64,000 bases of DNA from Eledone cirrhosa (taxonomy: Eukaryota): positions 261,392,001 through 261,456,000 of the forward strand of contig OZ024740.1 in the NCBI GenBank assembly GCA_964016885.1, written 5' to 3'. Shown here piece after piece: positions 11,803 through 24,915 of the stretch. The position numbers and the translations under genes were made by a program. Numbering within the stretch: the stretch's first letter is position 1; each line of letters opens with the position of its first letter. Under the pieces are notes generated by a model. It made no database searches. It saw nothing but the letters and a program-made list of their open reading frames with translations, and was not told the origin of the DNA.

Positions 11803-14090
11803 GTGAAAGGGACATGTTAAGCTGTCCACAAATGTTCATGGTTGCCTATTCAGATCACAAACTAGTGACCTGCTTAGTCAACCTTGATAGAACCCATAGA
11901 CAGGGACCCGGCTACTGGAAGCTGAACTTGTTGTTACCGACATGCAAAGCCTACAGTAGACGGATTAGCACTTTAGTTAAGCAGCACTTGACGATGGTAC
12001 TCTCTCAAGAGGGCAGTCAGATTAGACTCGATAGGTTTTAGTAAAGAATTAGTGTTAGATAAAAATAAGACCGAAAAGGAACTGGTAGATAAAGTAGAAG
12101 AGGCACTTAGGAGTGGCAACGTAGCCAGCGTGCTAGCGACGAGAACGGCCTTGGACCAGTTCTTCGACGCAAAGCACGAACGCTGCGTTGTCAGGAGCAA
12201 AATACGTGCTCTGGGAAACGAGGGAGCCAAAGCTGTTAGCTGGGCTCGGGTGACAGAGGCAAAAAGTGGCAACAAGTCCACGATTCGGTCTTTGAAGGAC
12301 CAAGACGGACGTGATACGTGAGCCGAGGCAGATGTGCGCGGCCTTTCAGCGGCACTTTGTTCAACTGCGACGGGAGGGGCTATGGATTTCGGTCCATACC
12401 TCGACGGCCTGCCGCGACTCTCGGACAGCGAGGCGAAGTTCTGCGAAAGGCGGATTTCGGCCGCTAAGATACGGGACGCGCTGAGCCAATGTGGCAAACG
12501 CAAATCTCCAGGTCTCGACGGTCTACCCTACGAATTTTACGTAGCAATGCTGGACTTATTCTCTGGTCTCCTGGAAGCGGTCTACTGCAACTGGCAGCAG
12601 AACGGAAGAATTCCCAGTTCTGTGACCAAGGGCGTAGTCACGTTAGTCAGGAAGGACGAGAACAAAGGGCATGACATAGGCAACTTCCAGCCCATAACTC
12701 TGCTAAACACAGAGTTACAGATTTTGGCCAAGGTGTTGGCAAAGAGGCTGGCGCTTGTCGTCAAAAACCTCGTGGGAGAAGCGCAGACATGCGCAATCAC
12801 GACCAGGTCTATAAACGACAACCTCCACCTCATGCGATACATCATAGAGAGGATAGGGTGTAAACCCGGCTTCGGTGAGGCCCTAATCAACTTGGATCAG
12901 TTTAAGGCTTTCGATAGGGTTGACCATCGTTACCTGGATGCGGTGCTCGAGGCGTCAGGCTTCGGACCCGTGTTCAGGGGCTGGATTGCTGCAATCCACA
13001 GCAGCAACATCTGCTCAAGGGTCAAGGTGAACGGCTACCTCTCGGAGCCGTTCCATATCACGCGATCCATCCGACAGGGATGCCCTCTCTCCCCCCTTCT
13101 GTACGTACTGACTCTCGAGCCACTACTGCGGCAGTTGGAGCTATTGCAGGGCATCCCTTTGGAACCGGAACTGCGAAAAGCGGCGTCGGCCTACGCCGAC
13201 GACGTGACAGTAATAGTATCGAGCACCTCGCAAATCAGGGAGGTCGGCACCTTACTGGAGGAATACGAAAGGTTCACAGGAGCGAAGCTGAACCGGGACA
13301 AATCCGTCGGTTTGCAACTCGGAACGTGGAGAGGCAAACCGATGGCATCGTCGGACGCTGGACGGAAGGACCGGTAAATCTGGTCTGGTTTGGTCCGGAC
13401 CTCCAGGTGGAGAAGAACTGGAACGAGGTGACCGTCGAAAAAGATTTGTCCGAGATGCGTGCGCGACGAAAAACCGTCGCGCACGCATTTGTACACTGCC
13501 CGGGCGTTACCGACCTGTGGGGCTATGTAGAACGACTATTGTCGCGGGTGGGACCAATCTAGTTGACCACCGAGTCCATTGTCATGATCAAACCGCCACC
13601 CTCCTTCAAAAACGAGGGATAGGCGGTTTTCTTATGTGTTATGGCTATGCTGAAAGAGGTTATATGGTGGACGAGGTTAAAAGGGCTGAGGTCAGACACC
13701 TTTCTCTCCGGCGAACAACTGATTCATTTTTTCAAATATCATTTTGGAAGAAGAATCAGGATGGAGAAAGGTGCTGTACCCCAGCAAATTTTATAAAAGG
13801 TGGGTGAATGTGGCAAAGATGACCCGAGTGGTTGGGCCTTCTCTCTATATAAGCCTGTAGCTTGAGGAAAAGTAGGAAGAGAGGAAGGGAGTACTCACTC
13901 TTGGTGCTCCTGGAGATGAGGGTTGTACATTTTTTCGGGGTGTGTACAACCCCTGTGTAACGCCTCCCCCTATTGGGGATTTCAATTGTTATTTGTTATT
14001 TTATTAATAGTTTTATTTTCATATACTTGTATGTAAACTCCCCATTTGTATGTATCCCTTTCTTTTGTGCCCCTGTGGCTAATAAAGAAA
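11803..14090 (+). mobile_element. Tx1/L1-clade LINE, 5'-truncated and internally deleted
   Basis: End of APE (SDHKLV, GPGYWKLN); RT motifs KSPGLDG, PITLLN, LDQFKAFDRVDH, RQGCPLSPLLY and AYADDVT; Cys/His remnant TVAHAFVHCP. Ends in AATAAAG followed by (TA)n, with TA tracts on both sides. Confidence 0.92.
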
Positions 14091-14279
14091 TTTATATATA
14101 TATAAATAACAGATTCAAGTTTAAGCAAATAATCGTTGCTTTCACCCTTAACGGGATCTTCTGAAACTAAAAAAAATCAATCTGTGAACGCAGAAGTATA
14201 TATTTCGAAAAAAGTTACACACTATATATATATACACACACTATATATACATATAAACACACACAGATAGCGTAATAAT

Positions 14280-14580
14280 GTCCTAATGCAGACAGCCAGA
14301 CATACAGAGAGATATTATAAGGGCGCGACGTTGTAGCTATGTATCTATCTAAAAAGACAGACTAAGAATTATAGAGAGATCGCTAAATCGCCTAATGCGG
14401 TCCCTTGGGCATTGAAAATTTGAAATCTTTGCTCAAAACACTCACACGACCATAAGTATTAGATGTGCAAAGTATGAAAACATTCAGTTTTAAGGAGTCA
14501 GACAGACAGACATTCTCTGTTTTAGATATATAGACTAGCAGAAAACCACCCTGTGGGCGGTTTTCTGCTAGCAAATCTAG
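14280..14580. mobile_element. Helentron/DINE-like non-autonomous fragment
   Basis: (GACA)n followed by TATATAGA and the hairpin CTAGCAGAAAACC-ACCCTGTGGGC-GGTTTTCTGCTAG. Its internal segment recurs at 19400-19480 and the hairpin recurs at 16276-16311. Confidence 0.55.
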
Positions 14581-15070
14581 TGTATATACTGATATTGTTG
14601 AGATTTGGATGAGAAATGTTTTCGGCACCACATGTTCACCGTCTCTCGGTGTGTCTTTTATGCATGTATAAATATATATGTTATCTATACGGTGAAATCT
14701 TTGAAATAAGTATATATTAAAACGAAAAAGGAGAAAATAAATAACTGGTTAGAAAAAAATATTCCTATGAAATTTTAATCATACCATTAGGTGTGAATAA
14801 TGAAATATTTTTTTATTGTCAAAACAAATGTTCAAAAGTTAAACTTCAATTTTTTGAATTATTTCCAATTTTTTCATGAAATTGAACACTGGACATTGGC
14901 TGCTGGAAATGGAAATTAAATCGTATTTAATTGTATTTAAATTTCTAACCTTATTTTATTATTTATATTTTTTCAATAAGAAATAAAAAAAAATAAAAAA
15001 TTGAAGAAAAAAATTGAACAAATCAAGCGTAGGTTATGGAACTGCGCAATCTGATTAATAAATTACCTCA

Positions 15071-15250
15071 TCAGCAGCAACCTTCAAATGGTCCTTATTA
15101 TCAGCAGCAACAACCACAAATTCAATGGCAACCTTCTTCAAACCACAAATTCAATGGCAACCTTCTTCAAATGGTCCTTATTATCAGCAGCAACAACCAC
15201 AAATTCAATGGCAACCTTCTTCAAACCACAAATTCAATGGCAACCTTCTT
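15071..15250 (+). repeat. Compound 29/54-bp tandem repeat with Gln/Pro-rich coding appearance
   Basis: AACCACAAATTCAATGGCAACCTTCTTC occurs 4 times and AATGGTCCTTATTATCAGCAGCAAC twice, giving an 83-bp super-period. Confidence 0.8.
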
Positions 15251-15624
15251 CGCATGGTGTCAATTCAGAACCGCCTCGAACTGGTTACTTCTGGCTTGTG
15301 CAAGGTGTCTCTATAGCAACCAGCGATTTCCTCGGCCTCAGTGACCAAAGTCAGTGGAGAAGGGAAGGTAATGTTTCTATAGCGACAGTGTTTCTCTTGG
15401 TAGTACCAAAGTGGAGAAAGGAAGGGGAAGGTAATATTTCTGTAGCACGTGTTTTAGCGTCTATTCACTCTCTCTCTCTCTCCCTCTCTCTCTCCCTCTC
15501 TCCCTCCAGCTATCCCCCTCTTGTAGTCTGTCTCTTTCTTTCACTCTCACTCTCTCTCTACGCATGTGTTTCCACTGTCGGACAGACAGACAGAGAAATT
15601 GCTGGTTATATATATAAGTAGATA

Positions 15625-16248
15625 GTACAGTATTACTGTTGAAAATATATAGTATAGTATAGTATTACTTTTGAAAATATGTAGTATAGTATTACTGTTG
15701 GAAATATATAATATAGTATTAATATTGAAAATATATAGTATAGTATAGTATTACTGTTGAAAATATATGGTATAATATTACTGTTGAAAATATATAGTAC
15801 AGTATTACTGTTGAAAATATATACTACAGTACAGTATTACTGTCTAAAATATATAGTGTAGTACAGTATTACTGTTGAAAATATATAGTATAGTATTACT
15901 GTTGAAAATATGTAGTACAGTATTACTGTTGAAAATATATAGTATAGTATTACTTTTGAAAATATATAGTATAGTATTACTGTTGAAAATATATAGTATA
16001 GTATCACTGCTGAAAATATATAGTATTACTGTTGAAAATATATAGTATAGTATTAATGTTGAAAATATATAGTACAGTATTACTGTTGAAAATATATACT
16101 ACAGTACAGTATTACTGTTGAAAATATATAGTGTAGTACAGTATTACCGTTGAAAATATATAGTATAGTATAGTATAGTATTACTGTTGAAAATATGTAG
16201 TATAGTATTACTGTTGAAAATATATAGTACAGTACTACTGTTGAAAAT
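15625..16248. repeat. 27-bp satellite array 2
   Basis: Same unit as 11021-11641 but more diverged. Preceded by (GACA)n...TATATATAAGTAGAT and followed by the CTAGCAGAAAAACCGCC...GGCGGTTTTCTGCTA hairpin. Confidence 0.92.
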
Positions 16249-16904
16249 AAGTACACGAATATATAATTATATATACTAGCAGAAAAACCGCCCTTCAGGC
16301 GGTTTTCTGCTATCATATATAGTGTGCATATTGGTATTATACGCAAATATATATGTATATAGATATAATATTAGGGATACTATTTATGGTTATGTATATA
16401 TTAAAACTTTTTATAGTTATGTATATTTTAAACCCTAAACAGTAAAGGTCAGTAATTTATTACTACCTTATTACCAGTAAGATAAATAGCTCAATGTAAT
16501 AACATCAGTTGTTGTACAGAGCTGTTATATAACGCATACACTAACTACTAGACCTGACTATCAAACTATCCTCTTGCATTATCTGTGTTATCTGCCGAAT
16601 GTATTTTAATTTTAATTTTTATTTTTATTTTTATTTTGATTTTGAATTTGAATTGCTGTACAAAAATAGTATAGTATAATATATGCCACTCCACTGTACA
16701 TCAATATATATATATGTATCTGTATGTCTCTTGCGTTGGAAAGGAGGTCAATTATGTGTACAAACATTGAAAAATGCTCCGAAGATTCCAAGCCTAAGTT
16801 TGGATGAAACAATTGTAAGTGAATAAATGCTTTGAACATAGCTTTGATTCTTGTGAATTCTATATGTATATAGATATATGTAAATTGAAAAGTAAATTGA
16901 CAAT

Positions 16905-17510
16905 ATCTTCTGCTTATGTCTGAGAGGGTCGTGGGGGCAGAGTCCTTCTTAAACACTCCTTCCAGCGAGTCTGTCAGTAGCAAACATCTGTAACTGATCC
17001 AGCTGGATCTTAAAGCGTGACCAGCCAAGCTCATAGATGTTATCCAACTATCTTGCTCAGGGTCTACCTCTGTGTCTCTTGTCGGTTGGTTTTGCCTGTA
17101 AAATGTGTCCAGCGATTCTTTACTGAGACATTCTAACCACATGCTCATAACATCAGAGTTGTGATCTCTCAATTCAGAGAAGTAGCGGCTCTACCAGGAG
17201 TGACTCTGAGCTATGCACTTTATCGAGTAACGTTACTCCAAAGACCCCCCGGAGGAATCCCATTTCTGCCACTTTTATTTGCAATTGTATTATTTTGGTC
17301 ATTACTCAAGATTCATGATCTTCGGTAAGAGTTGGCAGAAATACCAGGAAGACAGCGAGTTTGGCTTTTACACCTACCCCCCTCCATTTGATTGCTGAAT
17401 GCTGAGGCTGGCGCATTACTGCATCAGCTTTTGCAATTCTTGCACTTAATTCACGGCTCCAAGATACTTGAACTTCTCTAACTGCTTCAGTAGAACTCCA
17501 TTCACATGTA
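16905..17510 (-). mobile_element. Old RTE-like LINE C-terminal fragment
   Basis: Minus strand EMGFLRGVFGVTLLDK...RGRP*AR*LDNI with stops. Its 3' part is repeated on the + strand at ~20368-20475. Confidence 0.65.
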
Positions 17511-17636
17511 TATAAATTTGAGGGATTTCTCTCTACCCGTCCGTCACAAAATGTGTGTGTGTGTTTGTGTGAATGCATGTGTGTGTAAAAGGAAGGAAAG
17601 GGATACACACATATATATGTCTAACTTAAAAACAGT

Positions 17637-17670
<34 letters not shown>

Positions 17671-17729
17671 TCTCTAATTTAAGAACGCCGACAAACTTAC
17701 GCGCGCGCACATACTCACACTGTCCTATT

Positions 17730-18175
17730 ACCACTTAAGAGCTTTGGCCCGGGCAAACATCTGGGTTGTCCTGAATTGATGGGAAAGACCTGACGGTCTT
17801 ACTCTGTGCTCCTGGTTAAGAGGCAGGTGCCTTACCTGGGACGTCACAGTTAGTGACTCTTTTGCTTCTTCCCACATCCTGGATGCAGCGGTAAGGGCAA
17901 GAGCTACAACATCCGCAGCTGAACGGAACAAAATCCTAAATTACCGTGTTCTGTCAGCTAACTACATTATCCAGCCTATGGTGTTCGAGACGTTTGGGGG
18001 AAGTCGGGCTACTGACAGCGAGATTCTTATCTTCACTAGCAGCTCGCCAAACAGAGGTAACTGGTGATGCTCGTGAGGGTACTTGGTTGTTCCAACACCT
18101 CAGCGTCGCCATCACCCCAGGTAACGGTGGCGTGCTGGCCTGCCTCAAAAATTATTAGAGAAGTTCCTAGTGCTG
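17730..18175 (+). mobile_element. CRE-like (restriction-like endonuclease) LINE 3' fragment
   Basis: RPDGLTL..W..G..LTWDVT...ETFG...GDAREGTWLFQHLSVAITPGN, the C-terminus typical of CRE-clade elements. Confidence 0.7.
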
Positions 18176-18312
18176 CTCGCTACATTGCTATCTTTTTCTC
18201 TGATAGTGGCTCGTTTTTATACTCTTTCGTCTATGTTGTCTAAGATGTGTGTATTACGTGATTGTGTATTTTTCTCTTTTTTTTTTCCCTTTCCCTTTGT
18301 ATATATTATATT

Positions 18313-18495
18313 GAATTGGCAGTATCGGTAGAGGGTCGGACGCCATGCTTTCCAGCATAGTTACGTTCCTTTACGGTCTGAGTTCAAATCCCGTCTAGGT
18401 TAACTTAGCCTTTCACCCATACGGGGTCGATAAAATAAAGTACCAATAATACACTGGAATAATTGCTGGCCTTGTGCCAAAAGTAGAAACAATTA
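18313..18495 (+). mobile_element. tRNA-derived SINE
   Basis: Near-identical to 6201-6385. Confidence 0.9.
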
Positions 18496-18619
18496 TATTT
18501 GTTAGTGTTTTCGTTCTGTAACCATTATATTAAATGAGTTTAAAAAAAAAAGAGTTAATAAATAAATAAAACGTTATACTTGTTTTACCCTCCCATCTCC
18601 AATTAAACCGAACGCTATC

Positions 18620-18952
18620 ATGACTGTATGTGTGTGTTTGTGTAAATGTATGTTTGTGTGAATGTATGTATATTTGTGTGAAAGTATGTGTGAATGTATG
18701 TATGTTTGTGTGAATGTATATGTGTGAATGTATGTGTATTTGTGTGAAAGTATGTGTGAACGTATGTGTATTTGTGTGAAAGTATGTATGTTTGTGTGAA
18801 TGTATGTATATTTGTGTGGATGTATGTATATTTGTGTGAAAGTATGTATATTTGTGTGAATGTATGTATGTTTGTGTGAATGTATGTATATTTGTGTGAA
18901 AGTATGTGTAAATGTATGGATATGTGTGTGAAAGTATGTGTATTTGTGTGAA
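18620..18952. repeat. Degenerate TG-rich minisatellite (TTTGTGTGAA/TGTATGTATG)
   Basis: Visible ~20-bp periodicity. Confidence 0.75.
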
Positions 18953-20477
18953 TTATGACCCTGGGAGTGTATTTTAATAAGTTTGTGTTTGCGCGATTAT
19001 AGTATATACTTATAATAGTTATATATTTATACATATAGATGTATGTATGTGCACAATCATACGCGTCAGCGTGTTGAAAATCATAATCTCTCTATCTCTC
19101 TCCTCACACACTCCCTCTTTCTATATATATGGTTGTTGAAGTGGTGGTGGTGGCGACGATAAACCGGAAGTGCAACTTTGAAAAGAAGTCAATTTGAAAT
19201 TATTTATTTTTACAAAATTATTTTTGTTTACGAAATTGAGTAGATAAATTATGTAATATTCGTTCATTATTTATTCAAAGTAATCCAACTTATTTTACAA
19301 ACGGGATAAAATAAAAATAAACCGTACACAATCCCGCAGACCTTCCTTTATTATAGTTTAGATACAATTAATTAAAAGTTGGTTAGAAGCGAAGTCAATG
19401 CAGACAGGCAGACATACAGACAGATATTATAAGCGCGCGACGTTATAGCTATGTATCTATCTAAAAAGACAGAGTAAGAAAGAGAGAGGTGTCGTATTAT
19501 ATATATATTATATAATAAAGTACCAGTAATGTAGTCAGCTTTATTAATATAGATAGAGATTGACAATATACACAGAAATTTAATCCATGGATACATTAAA
19601 AAAAAGACGCTATTATATATAAACTGCAAAATATATGAATGTTTATTTAAGCGATCGCTAACCGGAAGTGTTGACATTTGAAAATTTTAAAGAAGTGAAT
19701 CTTTAGATAAACAAAATATCTTTAATCAATAATAACGAAATTTAGTAGACAAAAATACCCTCACTTTCTTCCTTGGAAAAAAGTTACATCTATGGTGCAA
19801 ATATGGTGCCATTTGGTCCAGCCGTTTTGCCAAACGTTTGTTTCATACATATTTATTAATATAGATTTATTCTTTATCATTAACATTAAAATAAAAAAAT
19901 TATAATTATATTCTTTTTTTTTAGAGAATGGCCTCACATTTCATATAGCTTAGGGCCTCAGCAGGTGAAAGTCAGGCCCTTTGCTAGAGACACTATAAAC
20001 ATTTGAATTAACAAAGCAGTTTTTAGATATTTTTTGCCGAATCATTACATGATTATAATAATCCAGTTAATAACAGCTTCAAAGTAAGGTATTATTTGAA
20101 GTACTGTAATGCTTATGATAATATTACAATGATAGGCTATTTGTCCTGATATCACTGAGATTAAACCTAACACTTGACATACATAGAAAGTAGTGAGTTT
20201 AAATTCTATTTACATATTTTAACACTTGCTAATCATGATACCAATTCCAACCCAGCTGCACATGTCAAACCTATTCATGAAAATAATGAACAGGAAAGAT
20301 GACAGTATGCACCCTTGGCAGAGTCAGATTCCCACATTCAATGGTTTCAGGAAAGAATTGGAGAACCAGAGATAGACCCTGAGCAAGATGGTTGAATAAC
20401 ATCCATGAGCATGGCTGATCCTGCTGGAAAGAGTGTTTGAGGACTATGCTCCCACGGCCCTCTCAAGAATAAGCAGG

Positions 20478-20522
<45 letters not shown>

Positions 20523-21971
20523 CATGTAAAGATAACTGTTTGATATCTAACAAGTCTTTTGAATTCTGCCCTACATTTATACTGTTAAAATTTTCATTAT
20601 AAACTTGTTATCATCTTTCCCATAAATGGAAATACATACATTGCTCTCTTCAGATAAACAAATTTAGAATGAGAATTTTCATTACACACACATATGTATA
20701 GGTTTGAGAGGACACTTTAATTGTGCGGGGAACATGATAACCTCCCTAGTGTTGCTGATCTACACGATAAATGGAACAAGTACACTCTGTGATAGGAAGA
20801 GCATCCAACCTTAGAAAACCTGCCAAACAAAGTGTCAGGATGATTTTTCTGTGGTGTCAAAAACATGACAATCTCCTCAGTGTTGGTGATTTACATGATA
20901 AATGCACCTAGTACAGTCTGTAAAGTGGTTAGTGTTAGGAAGGGCATCCAGCCATAAAAAGCTTTCGTGCGTATCTGTGGTTGTCTGCGAATGTGTTTGT
21001 CTTACTAAGCTTGTGTTTGTTTTTGCCCGTGTCTCTTTCTCTCTCTATAATCATATATGTGCCTATGGATGTCTGTTTGTGTATGGCTGTGGCTATGTGT
21101 GTGTGTGTGTGTGTATGTGTGTATGTGTGTGTAGTTGTGTGTATATATATATGTGACTGGTTGTGTGCGTGTGTATCTGTCGCTGTATGTGTTATCTGTG
21201 TATGTGTGTTTGTATTTGTGGCCGTTTGTGTGTCTCTCTTTGTGGTTGTTTACAGCTGTGTGTGTTTGTTTTAGTTTATGCGTCTCATTGTGAGTATATG
21301 TGTATAGATGTGTATGTGGTTGTATGTCTGTTATTGTTTACCACTGGCTATGTGTATGGTGTGTGTGCCTATGTATATGTGAGTGTGTGTGTTTATCTAT
21401 TACTGTTTGTGTGCGTATGAGAGCGTCGGTCTATGTGTGTTTCTGTGGCTACGTATATGTGTCTCTCTATTAGCATGTATGTGTATGTATGGATGTTTAC
21501 GTGGCTGGATGTCCGTTATTGTGTGTCGATGTGGCTATGTGTGAGTATCTGTTTGTAGGTGTATGTGTGCACATGTGTGTGAGTGTCTCTTTGTGGTTGT
21601 GTGTGTGAGAGAGTGTCTATCAGTGTCTCTATGTATCTATGTGTGTGTGAGCGTCTATTCGTGTATGTCTGGTTATATGTGTGTAGTCGTGTGTGTGTGT
21701 GTGATGTGTAGATGTTTGTTTGTTTGTGGCTGTCTGTTATATGTGTTTTTGATTTGTAGCTGTGTGTGTTTGTTTTGTGGCTCTGTGTATACACGCGTAC
21801 GTGTCCCTATGTATACATATGTACGTGTGCCTGTGTATACATATGTACGTGTGCCTGTGTATATGTGTCTGTCTGTTTGTGGCTGTAGGTGTGTGTGTAT
21901 GTGTCTATGAGTCTATGTGTGTGTCTGGTTTGTAGCTGAGTATGTCTGTCTTGCTGTGTGTGATTGTGTGT

Positions 21972-22507
21972 TTCTTTCATAATTTCTTTCATAATAAGGA
22001 ACATTCCATATCGTCCATTGTGCAATTATTCATCCTTTCAATCTTAAGAATGGTTTACAGATTTTGAAAGTTTCATATATCGTAGCCATTTGTAGTTTAT
22101 GAATAAAGAACTGCGTTCTTTCTCCCAGAATTCAAGTTCAGACATTCTTTGGTCTAGCTGGGCTGGTGTATAACCCGTAGCTTCAATAATAATGGATATG
22201 AAGCTGAACGTATATTTTGGGTACAGGTTCTGCAAACTCCTCATTAATGGTCCGTAGGTATCCTTCTCTCTCGTATTGTATCTTTCTGACTACATTGACA
22301 CCGAGTGGGCAGCAGCTGACTTCTACAATAGAGCATGTTTTCAATCTGTGATCCCAAACAACAATATCAGGTTGGTTGTGTTTTAATTTAGGGTCAATTT
22401 TTATATTTAAGTTCCAGCGATATTCTGATACCCACCAGTCTCAATATAACCATTACTATTTGTTCTTACTTTCGTCATTCGTAAGGCATTCCAAACAGCC
22501 CAGGATC
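21972..22507 (-). mobile_element. Old R4/Dong-like LINE 3' fragment abutting (TATG)n
   Basis: Minus strand MRSLQNLYPKYTFSFISIIIEATGY...FLRLKG* is homologous to the RLE domain at 45899-46387. Confidence 0.85.
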
Positions 22508-22562
22508 TATGTATGTATGTATGTATGTATGTATGTATGTATGTATGTATGTATGTATGTAT

Positions 22563-23170
22563 GTCAGGTCACCAGTTGGTGCTACTGGTAACATGTATTC
22601 CAGTACAACCTGTCCCATGGTCGGGTCGTTGGCGACTAAACTGGCAATCCCACCAAGGTTTCTTGCTGAGGAGGGCGACTTTGGACATCCTGCAGGACTA
22701 AAAACAAAACCTGTCAAAGGGCAAAGGAGCTCTTAAGAGTCAATGGCCATCCAAAATCACCGGGAGAGATGACCCCTTAGCCTTTGTCAAGGCAGAATTC
22801 TAGGAGAAGGAAAACTCTGATATAACACCTGCAACCCTGATGGTATCCAATGATGTTGACTTGTTCTTCTTTTTGGTAAATATCATCTTGGTTAAGAGAG
22901 TGGGACTGGCTTTGTGCAGTGCCTTTGCTCACTATAAAAGCTTCACGGCACAGGCATTGCTTTATATCTGGAGATCTCTCTGCACTTGTCGTCACATGGT
23001 ACCATGGGCCCAGCACTACGTGTCAATAATTGTCACAAGTGTAGTTTTTGTACCAGAGTTTTCAAGTCGCTGGCTGGACTAAAAAGTCACACTTGTTCAG
23101 CGCATCGGTAGGGGTTCTCCTACATGGATATAAAGTAGTGGCCGTACTCGAAAACGAATTGGCAGCCACC
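22563..23170 (+). mobile_element. 608-bp non-autonomous RTE-derived element (family A), copy 1
   Basis: Starts GTCAGGTCACCAG and ends GGCAGCCACC, with (TATG)n on both sides. Near-identical to five other full copies. Confidence 0.93.
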
Positions 23171-23263
23171 ATGTATGTATGTATGTATGTATGTATGTAT
23201 GTATGTATGTATGTATGTATGTATGTATGTATGTATGTATGTATGTATGTATGTATGTATGTA

Positions 23264-24915
23264 TTATTTTTAGCACATGGAATGTAATCGGAAGGCATGG
23301 GGTGGGAAAGTGTAACAACAATGGTATGCTCCTGCTGCAGATGTGGGAGGAGCTGTATTACCAACACCATGTTCCAACAAAAGAAAAATTTAAGACCACA
23401 TGGATGCATCCTGCATCTAAGGAATGGCATCTTTTGGACTACGTCCAAGTTAGGATGCGTGACAGACAGGATGTGCAGTGTGTTCGTGCTCTTCGTGGAG
23501 CTGAGTGCTGGACGGACCACCGCCTGGTACGCGCAAAAGTGAAACTAATTACTAAACGTAAAATCCGGGCTCCTGGGAAGAGGACATTGCAAGAAGAGAT
23601 GCAGGTTGCAAATCTTGGTGAGGATGGGCCGACCCTTAAAAAGTCGGTTTATGATGTAGGCAGGCGTGTTCTGGGATTGGTGCAGAGAAAACATCAAGAC
23701 TAGTTTAATGAGAATGATGAACATATAGAAGATTTGTTGGCTGATAAGAGGCGTGCTTTGTCACGCTACTTGACGGCAAAACCACAGGAGAAGAATATGT
23801 TGTATAAGGAACTTAAGGATGTGAAATCACGTGTTAGGCGGAGTCTTTCTCAGATGAAGGATCAGTGGTGGAGTGAGAAGGCTGATGAGATATAAACTGC
23901 GCCAGATTCCAATAACACAAAGCTGTTGTACAGTCTCTTGCGTGAAGTTTATGGACCGTCTTCTTCTCTGGTAACACCGCTTCGCAGCAAGGATGGCAAA
24001 GAACTTCTTCGTGACTCACAAGGAATTTTACGAAGGTGGCGAGAGCACTTTCATGAGCTTTTGAATCAGCCGTCTGTCGTCAGTGAAGATTTCCTCAATC
24101 TCATTCCAGAAAGTCCTGTGAAAGTAGCTCTCGCAGAACCTCTGACGCTTGTGGAGGTTGCAGTGACTATCTCGAAGCTGAACAGTGGACGGTCTCCAGG
24201 TATGGATGGCATACATGCAGAGCTCCTACAATATGGCGGTGAGAGACTCCTGCAACATCTTCACTCTTTGTTTGGCTATGGGCTAATGAATCCGTACCTG
24301 AGGACTGGAGAGATGCAGTAATGGTGGTCTTGTAATGGTGGAAAAGGTAACAGGAATGACAGAGGTATATCATTGCTTTCTGTCGTAGGGAAAGTTTTAT
24401 GTAGGGTGCTTCTGGACCGTCTGCTGACACACATTGCAGATTGTGTTCTTCCTGAAAGTCAATCTGGTTTTCGTGCTGGACGCGGCACTACTGATATGAT
24501 CTTCTCAGCTAGACATCTCCAGGAGAAGTGCATGGAACAACGTTTGGATGTGTATCAGGTTTTTGTCGATCTGACAAAAGCTTTCGATACTGTTAACAGA
24601 AATGCATTATGGAAGGTTCTCCAGAAACTTGGTTGCCCTGATAAGTTCCTTGCTTTAGTTAGGTCTTTCCATGACGACATGAAGGCTTGGGTTAATGTCG
24701 GCGCCTATCTCAGTAAAAAATGGAGTGAAACAGGGGGATATTACAGCACCGACCCTGTTTGCCATATACTTTGCAATGGTTTTCTATATTGCATTCAGGA
24801 ATTGCGAGCATCCGATATCGAACCTCAGGCAGCATATTTAACATCAGGCGCTTTTCTGCAAAAACAAAAGTATGTACATCAATCATAAGAGACCTCTTGT
24901 ATGCAGATGATTGCT
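23264..24915 (+). mobile_element. RTE (BovB/AviRTE-like) LINE fragment from late APE to RT YADD, cut by a Penelope-like element
   Basis: TTWMHPASKEWHLLDY, WTDHRLV, GRSPGMDGI, PESQSGFRAGRGTTDMIF, FVDLTKAFDTV and RDLLYADD. Starts directly after (TATG)n and is the same family as 43482-45794. Confidence 0.92.

Noticed and set aside
16612-17172. 186-aa minus-strand ORF as a host gene
   Set aside because: A different frame shows a decayed RTE C-terminus, and part of the sequence is repeated near 20370.
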